A stretch of 64,000 nt of DNA from Candidatus Latescibacterota bacterium (GCA_965243025.1 CBDETY010000003.1:512001-576000); one strand, 5' to 3'. Shown: positions 37,156 to 47,107, counted from the first letter of the stretch. Notes: generated by a model from the sequence alone, not told the origin. Translations and numbers: made by a program.

Positions 37156-38042
37156 GATCCGGTTCCTCCGTTTGCTGGAAGGGTCTCCGCCTGGGTTCCA
37201 AGGTCTCGCCGTTTTCGCTGCACTTTGTAGCGCGCTTCCCCGGTAAGGAGGGCGCGGTGTTCGTCGGACAGGGTGGCGACAAAATCGGCGCTAGGCTCGT
37301 ACCCGCGCCAGGTCTGAAACATCGCCGGGGTGTAGCCGCCGAGCACGAGCACGCGCTCGCGGTCGGAGCGCATGATGCCGTGGGAGTGCATCAGCGACTC
37401 GAAGAAGAGCAAGGTCGAGCCGGCAGGGGCCTCGACCTGGTAGATAAGGCGGGGGTCCTCAAGGGCCGCGGTGATGATCTCTTCCGCGCCGACTTCGGGG
37501 GGCACCTTGTGGGTGCCGGGGACCACCGCGGTGCCGCCGTCGTCCGGACCCAGGTCGGTGAGGTTGGTCAGCGCCTTGACGAACGAGTAGTGGTAGAGCC
37601 CGGACTCGCCGACGTGGGAGTAGCCGTTGGAGATGCTGCGGTGGAACTCGTAGCTCTCGTTGGCCGCGCCGGGCCTGCGCACGTGGGCGTCGGACTGCTC
37701 CAGGCGCACGTTTTTTCCCGTGATCTCCTCGGCCGCGGCGACGATCCGGGGATCGGTGAGGTAGTCGAAGAAGCAGGGGGCGAGGTGGGGCAGGTTGTCG
37801 ATGCGGAAGTAATCCTCGTCCGTGGCCGACAGGTGGCAGTCGGGCCCGGGAAGTTCGCCTGTCGCGCGGTACTCCGCCTCCATCCGGTGGATGGTGTCGA
37901 GCAGCTCCCGCACCCGCTCGCGTGAGATGAACTCCTCGAGAACGACGTACCCGTTCACCTCGATGTGCATCCGCTGTGCCGGGGTCAGGACCGGGAACGG
38001 GGAACAGCCGCCGGTTTCGCTTTCGTTGCTCGCGTCGCTCAT
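37152..38042 (-). CDS. PhyH-fold dioxygenase with non-canonical H-x-S motif
   Basis: NGYVVLE, FHRS at the HxD position, LTDLGPDDGGTAVVPGTHK, AGSTLLFFESLMH. Confidence 0.8.
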   Translation of the reverse strand: MSDASNESETGGCSPFPVLTPAQRMHIEVNGYVVLEEFISRERVRELLDTIHRMEAEYRATGELPGPDCHLSATDEDYFRIDNLPHLAPCFFDYLTDPRIVAAAEEITGKNVRLEQSDAHVRRPGAANESYEFHRSISNGYSHVGESGLYHYSFVKALTNLTDLGPDDGGTAVVPGTHKVPPEVGAEEIITAALEDPRLIYQVEAPAGSTLLFFESLMHSHGIMRSDRERVLVLGGYTPAMFQTWRGYEPSADFVATLSDEHRALLTGEARYKVQRKRRDLGTQAETLPANGGTGS

Positions 38043-38099
38043 GGCTCCGGGTAGCGCTTCGGGTAACGAACAGCTCGATCACTTAGAATTACGGTACTA

Positions 38100-39971
38100 A
38101 TGGGACCGGATGAAAAACCAGGAGCGGACCGCTCCACCTTGCTGAATCCCGGGTCAGACCCCGGGGTGTCCAGAGGCTCCCTGGGCGATGCCCGGACCTT
38201 CCGCGCGCGGCCTTCGAATCGAAGGGCTCCGGCGCGCCTCGTCCTTGTGGGGGCGCACCTGCTGGCTTTCCTGGCCTTCCCCTCGGCGGCCGCGGCGCAG
38301 ATCCGATTCAGCGACCAGGCGGAAGCCGCCGGCGTCACCGCCCTCAACGTCTTCGGAGGCATGGAGAAGCGCTACATCCTGGAGGCGCACGGCAGCGGCG
38401 CCGGTTTCTTCGACAGCGACAACGACGGCGACCTCGACCTCTACCTCGTCAACGGAGCCACCTTCGAGACCTGGGAGGAGCGCTCCGGGCCGGGGAACTC
38501 CCTCTACCGCAACAACGGCGACGGCACCTTCTCGGACGTGGCCGCGGCCGCCGGGGTCGACGACGCCGGGTGGGGGGCCGGGTGCGCGGTCGGGGATATC
38601 GACAACGACGGCAACCGCGACCTCTACGTGACCAACTACCGCGCCAACCTCCTGTACGGGAACCGCGGCGACGGCGCTTTCGCCGACCTCACCGCGGACG
38701 CCGGGGTGGCCGGCGACGATTACAGCGCCGGGGCCGCCTTCTTCGACTACGACAACGACGGCGATCTCGATCTCTACGTCGCCAACTACCTCCGCTTCGA
38801 CCTGCGCGACAATCCCCGGGTCGACTGCGACTACGTCGGCGGCATCAAGACCTACTGCGGGCCCCTCGGCATGGAGGGGGCCGCCGACGTCCTCTACCGC
38901 AACGACGGCGGCGGCCGTTTCGCCGACGTCACCGCAAGCTCCGGGGTCGGGGCCTCGGCGATCCATTTCGGGCTCGGCGTGCTCCCGGGGGATTTCGACG
39001 GCGACGGCCTCGTCGACCTCTACGTGGCCAACGACCAGACGCCGAACCTGCTTTTCCGCAACCGCGGCGACGGCACCTTCGGCGAAACCGGCCTGGTTTC
39101 CGGGGTGGCCTACAGCGGCGACGGGGACGAAGAGGCCGGCATGGGGGTCGACAGCGGCGATTTCGACGGCGACGGCGATCCCGACCTCTACGTCACCAAC
39201 TTCTTCCGCGAGAGCAACACCCTCTACCGGAACGAGGGGAACGGCCGTTTCTCCGACTTCACGGTGCAGGCCGACCTCGAGGCGGCGACCCTCACCATGC
39301 TCGGCTGGGGCGCGGCGTTCTCCGATCTCGACAACGACGGCGACCTCGACCTGTTCGTCGCCAACGGCCACGTCTTCCCCGAGGTGGACGACGCCCCGAC
39401 CGGCACCAGCTACCGCCAGAAGAACCAGGTCTTCCGCAACGACGGGAGCGGGTTCGCCGACGTCAGCGCCGCCGCCGGACCCGGGCTGAAGGTCGACAAG
39501 GTCAGCCGCGGCGCCGGTTTCGGCGACTACGACGAGGACGGCGACGTCGACATCCTGGTGGTCAACCTCAACGACACCCCGACCCTGCTGCGCAACGACC
39601 GGGAGGAGGGGAACTGCCTCGTGGTGGAGGTCGAGGGGACGGGGTCCAACCGCGACGGGGCCGGCGCGGAGATCCGGGTGCGGGCCGGAGACCGGACCCG
39701 GGTGCGGGTCGTCGACAGCTCCGGCAGCTACCTGTCGGCCAGCGACATCCGCGCCCATTTCGGACTCGGCGCCCTGGAGGCGGTCGAATCGGTCGCCGTC
39801 AGGTGGCCGGACGGCAGCGAGCAGATTGTCGGGGCGGTCCCCGCCAACAGGCTGCTGTTCGTCCGTCAGGGGGCGGAGGCGGAGATCAGGGGGCTGAAGG
39901 GCCTGCGAGGATCCGGGCGTAGCGGCGAAGCGGTTCCCGGAGAAGCCCCCGACGGCTCGCGGCAGCGCTAG
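38100..39971 (+). CDS. CRTAC1 family protein (FG-GAP repeats + ASPIC/UnbV C-terminus)
   Basis: Repeated DxDNDGDLDLYV, LYRNxGDGTF, SRGAGFGDYDEDGDVD, SNRDGAGA, GSYLS..HFGLG; true start uncertain. Confidence 0.88.
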   Translation: MGPDEKPGADRSTLLNPGSDPGVSRGSLGDARTFRARPSNRRAPARLVLVGAHLLAFLAFPSAAAAQIRFSDQAEAAGVTALNVFGGMEKRYILEAHGSGAGFFDSDNDGDLDLYLVNGATFETWEERSGPGNSLYRNNGDGTFSDVAAAAGVDDAGWGAGCAVGDIDNDGNRDLYVTNYRANLLYGNRGDGAFADLTADAGVAGDDYSAGAAFFDYDNDGDLDLYVANYLRFDLRDNPRVDCDYVGGIKTYCGPLGMEGAADVLYRNDGGGRFADVTASSGVGASAIHFGLGVLPGDFDGDGLVDLYVANDQTPNLLFRNRGDGTFGETGLVSGVAYSGDGDEEAGMGVDSGDFDGDGDPDLYVTNFFRESNTLYRNEGNGRFSDFTVQADLEAATLTMLGWGAAFSDLDNDGDLDLFVANGHVFPEVDDAPTGTSYRQKNQVFRNDGSGFADVSAAAGPGLKVDKVSRGAGFGDYDEDGDVDILVVNLNDTPTLLRNDREEGNCLVVEVEGTGSNRDGAGAEIRVRAGDRTRVRVVDSSGSYLSASDIRAHFGLGALEAVESVAVRWPDGSEQIVGAVPANRLLFVRQGAEAEIRGLKGLRGSGRSGEAVPGEAPDGSRQR

Positions 39972-39978
39972 CACCCCC

Positions 39979-42624
39979 TTGGCACCCGAAGCGGAAATCC
40001 GCTCCCCGGGCCCGGGAAAGCCCGGCGGAACCCTCGCAGCCCTCCTCGTACTGTTCTTCGTCTCCGGGGCCTGCTCCCTCGTGTACCAGCTGATCTGGGC
40101 GCGCATGCTGGTCGTGGTGTTCGGGGTCGGCACCTGGGCGGTGAGCACGGTGCTGGCGGCCTTCATGGCCGGCCTCGCCCTCGGCAGCTTCGGTTTCGGA
40201 CGCCTCGCCGACAGGCGCGGGGATCCGCTGCGGATTTACGGCCTGCTCGAGATAGGGATAGCCGCCGCGGCCCTGCTGATTCCGGCCGGCATCGCCGGGC
40301 TGGAGGGGGTCTGCGCCGCCCTGTCCCGGGTTACCGGGGACGCGGGGTTCGCCGCGGCGCGGTTCGCCCTGACCTTCGCCCTGCTGCTGGTGCCGACGAC
40401 CCTGATGGGGGCGACCCTGCCGGTGCTCAGCCGCTTCGCCGTCGTCAGGGCGAGCGAGGCCGGGCAGGGGGTCGGCAGGCTCTACGCGGCAAACACCTTC
40501 GGCGCCGCGGCCGGCTGTCTGCTGACCGCCTTCGCGCTGCTGCCCCACACCGGAACCTGGGGGGCGACCGCGGCGGCGGCGGCCGGGAACGCCCTCGCCG
40601 GCATCGCCGCCATTCTTCTGAACAGGGCATGCCAGGGGCGGCCAGGGGCCGTGGTTACCGGAAAACCCACCGACGCCGCTAAAGGAATGGGCGGGGCCAC
40701 CGCAGCCGGTAGTTCCGGCATCCCTCCGGACACGGGCGACACCTCCGGTATCCCCCCCGGGGCCGGCAGCCAGGACAGCCCCGGACAAGAGCCGCTCCCG
40801 GGCTGGGTCGGCCCCGCGGTCCTCGCCGCAATGGCGGTGTCCGGGTTCGCCGCCCTCGGGTACGAGGTGGTCTGGACCCGGCTCCTCAGCATCCTCAACC
40901 GGACCACGACGGCGCAGAGCCTCTCGGTCATCCTGATCGCCTTCCTGCTCGGCATCGCCGCCGGGGGAGCAGCGGGGGCGCGGCTGTCGGTCCGCCTCCG
41001 GGACGCCGTCCTCGCCCTGGGAACGGCCCAACTGCTGATCGGCCTCTTCGGACTGCTGTCGACGGCGCTGCTGGGCGGGGTTCCGGCGTACTTCAAAATC
41101 CTCGGAAACCTCTTCGGCATCCCGCCGCTCGCCCAGCTGTTTCTCGCCGCCCTCGTGGTCACCATCGTCCCGACCTGCCTGATGGGGGCCGCCTTTCCGA
41201 TCGCCGGCCGCCTCAACGTCCGCCGTCTCGACCGCGTCGGCCGCTCCGTCGGCGACCTGTACGCGGCCAATACCGCCGGGGCGATCGCCGGCGCCCTCGC
41301 CGCCGGCTTCCTCCTCGTCCCCTGGCTCGGCACCCAGGGCTCGGTGGAGGCCCTGGCCTGGTGCAACATCGCGGCGGGGACCGCCCTGGCCGCACTGTCC
41401 CCGCAGTCGCGCCCGGCCGGGAGGCTCAGGGCGCTCGTCCTCGCCGGGGCGGCCGCGGCGGCTCTCCACGTGGCCATTCCCGGAGACCTGTTCGTCCGCC
41501 TTCTCTCCGGACTGGAGGCGAAAGGGAGGCTCCTCTACTACAGCGAGAGCACCGCCGGCACCGTGACCGTTCACGAAACCAGGGAGGGCCAGCGCTCCCT
41601 GAGGGTCAACGGGACCGGCGAGGTGCGCAGCGACTTCGCCTCGATCCAGACCTTCCGCATGCTCGGCAACCTCGCCCCCCTGCTCCATCCCGACCCGCGG
41701 CAGGTAGCGGTCGTCGCCTTCGGCGGCGGCGTCACCCTGTCCTCGGTCGAGCTCCACCGCCCCACGCACCTGGCCTGCGCCGAGGTCGTCCCCGGGGTCT
41801 TCGGCGCCGCCCCGCTCTTCGCCGAGTACAACAACCGCATCGCCGACCGCTTCGGCGCCGGTCACCTGCGGCTGATAGCCGAGGACGGCAGGAACCACCT
41901 GCTGCGCACCGGGAACCGCTACGACGTCATCATCTGCGACTCGACCCATCCGACCACCGCCGACAGCTGGCTTCTGTACACGCGCGAGTTCTACCGACTC
42001 TGCCGGCAGCGCCTCGAGCCGGGGGGCATGGTGGCCCAGTGGGTGCCGTCCCACGGGCTGTCGGTCGAGGAGTACCGGACCATCGTCCGCACCTTCTCGC
42101 AGGTCTTCCCGCACACATCCCTCTGGATCAACCAGGTCTACACCATCCTGCTGGCGACCCCGGGGCCGCTCGCCGTCGACATGAAGGATCTTGCCGGGAA
42201 GCTGACGCGGCCCGCCATCGCCGCCAACCTCGGCAAGGTCGAGCTCGCCGATCCGGTCGCCTTCCTCGGCACCATCGGGCTGGATGAACGGGGGGTTGCC
42301 GGCTACGCCGGCGAGGGCAACGTGAACACCGACCGGAGGACCCGGGCGGGGTACCGTCAGCAGGGGGAGCGGCTCGACGGCTCCGGGGTGCTCGAAAGTC
42401 TGAGGCCCTGGCTCGTCGGCGAGGCGGGGGGCTGGCTGAAGGCAGGTCCCGGGGACCTGCTGGATGTCGAGAGGAGGCTGCGGGCCCGGGAGCGCAGCCT
42501 GGCGGGGCTGGTCCGCATGATGAGGGGTGAGAACGCGGAGGCGGGCGAGCTGTTCGAAGCCGCCACGGCCATCGACCCGGGGGAGGCCATGGCCCTGCGG
42601 CTGCAACGGATCCTCCGGAGGTGA
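39979..42624 (+). CDS. Fused MFS-like membrane / spermidine synthase-like protein
   Basis: FFVSGACSLVYQLIW, FMAGLALGS, LMGATLP, LYAANTFG repeated twice; SAM-binding-like AFGGGVT, EDGRNHL, YDVIICD, LYTREFY, LEPGG; TPR-like tail. Confidence 0.85.
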   Translation: MAPEAEIRSPGPGKPGGTLAALLVLFFVSGACSLVYQLIWARMLVVVFGVGTWAVSTVLAAFMAGLALGSFGFGRLADRRGDPLRIYGLLEIGIAAAALLIPAGIAGLEGVCAALSRVTGDAGFAAARFALTFALLLVPTTLMGATLPVLSRFAVVRASEAGQGVGRLYAANTFGAAAGCLLTAFALLPHTGTWGATAAAAAGNALAGIAAILLNRACQGRPGAVVTGKPTDAAKGMGGATAAGSSGIPPDTGDTSGIPPGAGSQDSPGQEPLPGWVGPAVLAAMAVSGFAALGYEVVWTRLLSILNRTTTAQSLSVILIAFLLGIAAGGAAGARLSVRLRDAVLALGTAQLLIGLFGLLSTALLGGVPAYFKILGNLFGIPPLAQLFLAALVVTIVPTCLMGAAFPIAGRLNVRRLDRVGRSVGDLYAANTAGAIAGALAAGFLLVPWLGTQGSVEALAWCNIAAGTALAALSPQSRPAGRLRALVLAGAAAAALHVAIPGDLFVRLLSGLEAKGRLLYYSESTAGTVTVHETREGQRSLRVNGTGEVRSDFASIQTFRMLGNLAPLLHPDPRQVAVVAFGGGVTLSSVELHRPTHLACAEVVPGVFGAAPLFAEYNNRIADRFGAGHLRLIAEDGRNHLLRTGNRYDVIICDSTHPTTADSWLLYTREFYRLCRQRLEPGGMVAQWVPSHGLSVEEYRTIVRTFSQVFPHTSLWINQVYTILLATPGPLAVDMKDLAGKLTRPAIAANLGKVELADPVAFLGTIGLDERGVAGYAGEGNVNTDRRTRAGYRQQGERLDGSGVLESLRPWLVGEAGGWLKAGPGDLLDVERRLRARERSLAGLVRMMRGENAEAGELFEAATAIDPGEAMALRLQRILRR

Positions 42625-42630
42625 CTTGCC

Positions 42631-43575
42631 ATGAACCGCCCCTTCGATCCCCTGACCGCCGTCCACTTCCACGAGCGCGACCCCGGAACCGGCTGGACCA
42701 GGGACCCCTGGATCGCCCTCGATCTCGACAGCCCCCTCGATTCGGTCAGCATCCTGACCCCCAACGTCGTCCGGCTGCCGGCGGGGGGCTACCGCATCTA
42801 CTACACCGGCCTCGGGCCCGCCCATCCCGATCCGGATGCGGTCGGCTACATCCTCAGCGCCCGCTCCGACGACGCCGGGCGCTGGACGAAGGAGGAGGGG
42901 ATTCGCGTCGACCTCCACGGCCCCCACGCCGCCACGCGCACCCTCTGCCCGGACGTCATACCGCTGCCCGGCGGCGGCTGGCGGATGTACTACGAGGCCC
43001 GCAGCGGCGACGAGCCCACGGTCATCCTCAGCGCCGTGTCGGCGGACGGCCTGTTCTGGGAGCTGGAGGAGGGGGTGCGCGTCGGCGACGGGGAATGGTC
43101 CTACGGCACCCCCCGCTGCCTCTATCTCGAAGACGGCCGGCGCCGTCTCTACTTTCACCGTTACGTCCATCCCCGCAGCCCCGACCCGAACGGAGGCAGG
43201 CAGATCCTCAGCGCCCTGTCGAGCGACGGGCTGGAGTGGGAGCTCGAGCCGGGCGTGCGCATCGCCCAGGAGACGGCGCGCGAGACCTTCGCGGTCTACT
43301 CGCCCGAGGTCGTCCGCCTCGGCGACGGCAGTTACCGGATGTACTACGCCGCCTGGAGCGAGGGGATGAACGGCGGCGTCTTCACCGCCACTTCGACGGA
43401 CGGCCTGGCATGGCGCAAGGAACCGGAGCCCTGCCTCGACCTCGGGGGGCCGCTGGACGGCAACATGGTTTCCGAGCCCTGCGTCACCGAGCTGCCCGAC
43501 GGCCGCTTCCGCCTCTTCTACGAGGCGAGCGACGGCAGGGGCAAGCGCATTCTCTCGGCGACCTCGATCCCCTGA
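42631..43575 (+). CDS. Five-bladed beta-propeller protein (GH32/43/130-like fold)
   Basis: Five repeats of PxV...G.(Y/W)R(I/M/L)(Y/F)Y...I.SA.S.DG..W..E.G. Confidence 0.7.
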   Translation: MNRPFDPLTAVHFHERDPGTGWTRDPWIALDLDSPLDSVSILTPNVVRLPAGGYRIYYTGLGPAHPDPDAVGYILSARSDDAGRWTKEEGIRVDLHGPHAATRTLCPDVIPLPGGGWRMYYEARSGDEPTVILSAVSADGLFWELEEGVRVGDGEWSYGTPRCLYLEDGRRRLYFHRYVHPRSPDPNGGRQILSALSSDGLEWELEPGVRIAQETARETFAVYSPEVVRLGDGSYRMYYAAWSEGMNGGVFTATSTDGLAWRKEPEPCLDLGGPLDGNMVSEPCVTELPDGRFRLFYEASDGRGKRILSATSIP

Positions 43576-43638
43576 TTTCGGGATCCGGTTCGGCGAAGCA
43601 TCTTTCGGGGGGAAGCCTCGACAATGGGAGACATTGAC

Positions 43639-44670
43639 ATGGAACGGAGAATCGTCACGGCCGGTGAGCTCGATCTCGAGAGCCCGGGGCGGCGCGACTA
43701 CCGGGTCGGTCTGCCCCACACCAGCGTCTGGGGAAGCCACCTGATCCCCCTGACCGTCATCGTCGGCCCGCAGGCGAGGCCGGGGGAGGGCCTGGTCGCG
43801 TTCGGCTCCTGCCACGGCAACGAGTACGAGGGGCCGGTGGCGATCAAGCACCTGCTCAGGGAGATCCGCACCGGGGACGTGCTCGGCCGCATGGTGCTGG
43901 TGCCGGTCCTCAACGCCGCCGCCTTCCGGGTCGGGGCCCGCGAGAGCGCGGGGGACGACGGCTTCAACCTCAACCGGGTCTTCGTCGAGGGGGCGGGCAC
44001 CACCCCTGCCATGGCGGGAATCACCCACCGCATCGCCCGCTTCGTGCGCGAGCACATCTGGCCGCACGTCCACATCTGCATCGACCTGCACTCCGGGGGC
44101 GAGGTGGCCCGCTTCGCCCACTGGGCCGGCTTCTTCACCTGCGGCGATCCAGACCTGAACGAGCGCCGGGAGCAGATGGCGCGCTGGTTCGGGGTGCCCG
44201 TGGTCATGGCGTCGTCCAACTCGCCGCCGGACGGGATCTCGCGGGGACTATTCCAGGATGCGGACGACCTCGGGAAGTACTCCATCGGCACCGAGCTCGG
44301 GTACGGGTCGTCGGTCGACGTCGCCGGCGTCCGCTACGCCCGCCAGGGGGTGCTGGCCGCGGCCATTCACCACGGCCAGCTCCAGGGGCAGATCGAGCCT
44401 ATCGGACACCATGCCGACGGCACCCAGCGCCTGGTGCGGGGAGGCGCATCCGAGCTGGCCCCGTACCCCGGCCATTACGAGCCCCTGCTCGAATGCGGGG
44501 AGCGCGTGAGCGAGGGGCAGACCGTCGGGCTGCTGCACGATTTCCAGCGCCTCGACGAGGAGCCGTTCGAGGTCAGGGCGGGGACCGGCGGCATCGTCGT
44601 GACCCAGGCCTGGGGGGCCCGGGTCGAGCAGGGGCAGATGATCCTGATGGTAGCCGAGGAGATCGGGTGA
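43639..44670 (+). CDS. Succinylglutamate desuccinylase/aspartoacylase (M14) family deacylase
   Basis: HGNEYEG, NLNRVF, DLHSGG, TELG, C-terminal barrel-sandwich; alternative start 43624. Confidence 0.87.
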   Translation: MERRIVTAGELDLESPGRRDYRVGLPHTSVWGSHLIPLTVIVGPQARPGEGLVAFGSCHGNEYEGPVAIKHLLREIRTGDVLGRMVLVPVLNAAAFRVGARESAGDDGFNLNRVFVEGAGTTPAMAGITHRIARFVREHIWPHVHICIDLHSGGEVARFAHWAGFFTCGDPDLNERREQMARWFGVPVVMASSNSPPDGISRGLFQDADDLGKYSIGTELGYGSSVDVAGVRYARQGVLAAAIHHGQLQGQIEPIGHHADGTQRLVRGGASELAPYPGHYEPLLECGERVSEGQTVGLLHDFQRLDEEPFEVRAGTGGIVVTQAWGARVEQGQMILMVAEEIG

Positions 44671-44676
44671 GGGCGG

Positions 44677-45876
44677 CTATCCCCCTGAAGAACCGTAGTC
44701 GAACGGAGACAGCTGGTCGAGAGTGATCTCGACCCCGAAGCCGGGGGCGTCGGACGGTTTCATCCGCCCCTCCTTCGGAATGGCCGCTCCCGGCATCCGG
44801 GCCGCCTGCTCGGGCGGCACCCCGGGTGCCGAGCCGACGAAGCACTCGGTCCAGGGGATGGCCGGCATGGCGTAGCAGGCGTGCTGGCCGTAGGGGGTGT
44901 TGCCCCCTCCGTGCGGAATGACGGAGATGCCGGCCGCCTCGGCGATGGCGCAGATCTTTACGAGCGCGGTCAGGCCGCCCACCCAGTTGATGTCCGGCTG
45001 CAGGATGTCGACGAGGAAGCGGCTCGCCGCCTGCTGGAACGGCGCCGTCGTGTACCAGTGCTCTCCCGTCGCCAGGGTCTGCCAGGGCAGGCGCCGGCGC
45101 AGCTCGGCGTGGGCGTCGAGCTCCTCGGAGCGCAGCACCTCCTCCATCCACTTGAGCTTGCAGGGCCGCATCTCCTCCCCGAGGCGGACCGCGTACTCGA
45201 GGTCGAACGCCATCCAGCAGTCGAGCATCAGCTCGACCTCGTCCCCGACCAGCTCGCGGGTGCCGGCGACCAGCTCGACGTTCTTCCTCAGCCCCTCGAG
45301 GCCGTCGGCCGGTCCGTACGGGCAGGGCAGCTTGGTCGCCCGGAAGCCGAGCTCCATGTACCAGTCGGTGTCGCCGCCGGTCGAGTAGCAGAACAGCTCG
45401 TCGCGGGCCGGACCGCCGAGCAGCTCGTACACCGGGCGCTGCAGCAGCTTTCCCTTGAGGTCCCACAGGGCGAGGTCGATGGCGCTGACAGCGTAGGAGT
45501 GCAGGCCGGCGGCGCCGTAGGGCGCTCCCATGCGCACCATCATGTCGTAGCACTTCTCCGTGGCCAGGCAGGATTCCCCGAGCAGCCGCGGGCCGAGGTA
45601 GTCGTCGATGACCGCAGCCACCGGGCGCCCGTGACTGGCGGTCGCGAACCCCCAGCTGCCGTCCTCGGCCTCGACCAGGCAGCCCAAGCCGCTCCAGGTC
45701 GGGGTCCAGGAAGGGCGGTAAGCGGCGTAGCGCGGGTACCGGGTCATCGGGTTGGCCACCGGGCCGCTCTCCATCCAGGAGGGACGGGGCGCCGTCCTGT
45801 ATTCCTTCTTTTCGGTGCCGGAGGCGGAAGGTTCGGGGAAACTGGCCTGCACGGCGCGGATGCTCCTGATCTTCAT
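44677..45876 (-). CDS. Enolase superfamily, L-rhamnonate dehydratase-like
   Basis: VANPMTRYPRY, SAIDLALWDLKGK, KLPCPYGPADG, LMLDCWM, WMEE, TGEHWY, QPDINWVGG, IPHGGG. Confidence 0.85.
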   Translation of the reverse strand: MKIRSIRAVQASFPEPSASGTEKKEYRTAPRPSWMESGPVANPMTRYPRYAAYRPSWTPTWSGLGCLVEAEDGSWGFATASHGRPVAAVIDDYLGPRLLGESCLATEKCYDMMVRMGAPYGAAGLHSYAVSAIDLALWDLKGKLLQRPVYELLGGPARDELFCYSTGGDTDWYMELGFRATKLPCPYGPADGLEGLRKNVELVAGTRELVGDEVELMLDCWMAFDLEYAVRLGEEMRPCKLKWMEEVLRSEELDAHAELRRRLPWQTLATGEHWYTTAPFQQAASRFLVDILQPDINWVGGLTALVKICAIAEAAGISVIPHGGGNTPYGQHACYAMPAIPWTECFVGSAPGVPPEQAARMPGAAIPKEGRMKPSDAPGFGVEITLDQLSPFDYGSSGG

Positions 45877-46359
45877 GTCGTCACCTGGTTCCGGATTGTC
45901 TGCTGGCGGCCGGAGGTCGGTCCGCGGCCTCCTTTACCAACTTCCTAGCAGGGCACCACAGGTTCGTTGGAACGACATGCGTTGTCCATGCTCCGGATGC
46001 AAGCCGGGTTACCCTGTCGCGTAGAAGATCGGTGGGGTTTCTTCCGTTTTCATCGCTAAATTTGTGAGCAGAAAAGACCGGGTTGCAGGACCGGAAACCA
46101 AACTGCCGTCCGGGAAAGGCGGCCGTCAAGGCGAGGGAAGCAGATGAAGACCATGCTGATTGCCGGAATGTGGTTGCACCTGTTCGGGGCGCACGGTCCA
46201 GGAGCCGTCGAGAACTTCCAGATCAGGGAGTCTCAACAAAGCCCCCCCGGCAGCTACCGTTTCTCGAACCAAGCCGTATCGCCAACTTTTCAGGAGGAGT
46301 TCCGCGTCGCCGAAGGCGAGCAGGATCTCCCCCTGCCTTCCACCAAAGGAGCCCCGAAA

Positions 46360-47007
46360 ATGACAACCCCCTCGATCCGCTGTCCCCGGGTTTCCGGAGA
46401 CGTCGAAGACTTCGGCGCCGAGCATCCGGAGAAATACCGGGAATCCGCACTCCTGCCGCTGCGCCAGTACTGGGAGGGGCCTGACGACTTTCCCGCGGAG
46501 AAGGGGAGCGCCCTGGTCGGGGCGTCAGAGGAGGGCATCAGCTTCTACACCTGCTTCACCGACAGCGACATCTTCTCGACCGCGACCGCCGACAACCAGC
46601 GCATGTGGACCCTCGGAGACGTCGCCGAGTTCTTCGTGAAGCCGGGGGCCGAGCGCAGCGACTACTGGGAGATCCACGTCACTCCCAACGGCTACCTGAT
46701 GGACCTCCACATCCCCGACCGGGAGCGGTTTTCCGCAGGCGAGGTCAGCTGGGATGAGGTGATCGCACCGGACAGCGGGACGCTGCGCCGGGTCTGGCGG
46801 CTCGAGGACAGGTGGGCGGTGGAGGTCCGCATCCCCTGGAAGGCGTTCGGCCTCGATTCAGCCCCGGGCCCGGGGACGGAGTGGTCCTTCGCGGTCTGCC
46901 GCTACAACTACAACGGCGGCCTGGAAGACCCCGAGCTCTCATCCATTGCCCACCTCGGCAGGCCGAGCTTCCACCAGTGGGAGGATTTTACCCGGCTGGT
47001 TTTCTGA
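46360..47007 (+). CDS. Carbohydrate-binding family 9-like protein
   Basis: AAGGAG RBS before ATG 46360; MWTLGDVAEFF, YWEIHVTPNG..MD, WAVEVRIPW, WSFAVCRY, FHQWEDF. Confidence 0.7.
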   Translation: MTTPSIRCPRVSGDVEDFGAEHPEKYRESALLPLRQYWEGPDDFPAEKGSALVGASEEGISFYTCFTDSDIFSTATADNQRMWTLGDVAEFFVKPGAERSDYWEIHVTPNGYLMDLHIPDRERFSAGEVSWDEVIAPDSGTLRRVWRLEDRWAVEVRIPWKAFGLDSAPGPGTEWSFAVCRYNYNGGLEDPELSSIAHLGRPSFHQWEDFTRLVF

Positions 47008-47107
47008 GGCGGCGGCGACTGGGAATGGGATATCCCGGGCTGGGCGGCAATCGCAAGCACGCCGGAAAATGTGCTCGGAAGGGCATCAGCGTAGTCCGGT
47101 TTCAAAT

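Noticed and set aside
38400-39600. Recurrent GACAACGACGGCGACCTCGAC-like DNA repeats as a CRISPR or tandem array
   Set aside because: They encode FG-GAP DxDxDG repeats, with irregular spacing inside an ORF.
39886-44121. 1411-aa minus-strand ORF, and similar long antisense or alternate-frame ORFs (52224..55649, 55433..59209, 55731..59237, 1890..3842)
   Set aside because: Shadows of real genes caused by high GC3; no family motifs and skewed composition.
45950-46024. VRWNDMRCPCSGC as a possible IS1595 zinc-ribbon relic
   Set aside because: Too short, no continuation and no terminal repeats recognised.
46144-46359. 72-codon in-frame upstream extension of the CBM9-like gene
   Set aside because: Atypical codon usage and a strong RBS at the downstream ATG 46360; not a convincing signal peptide.
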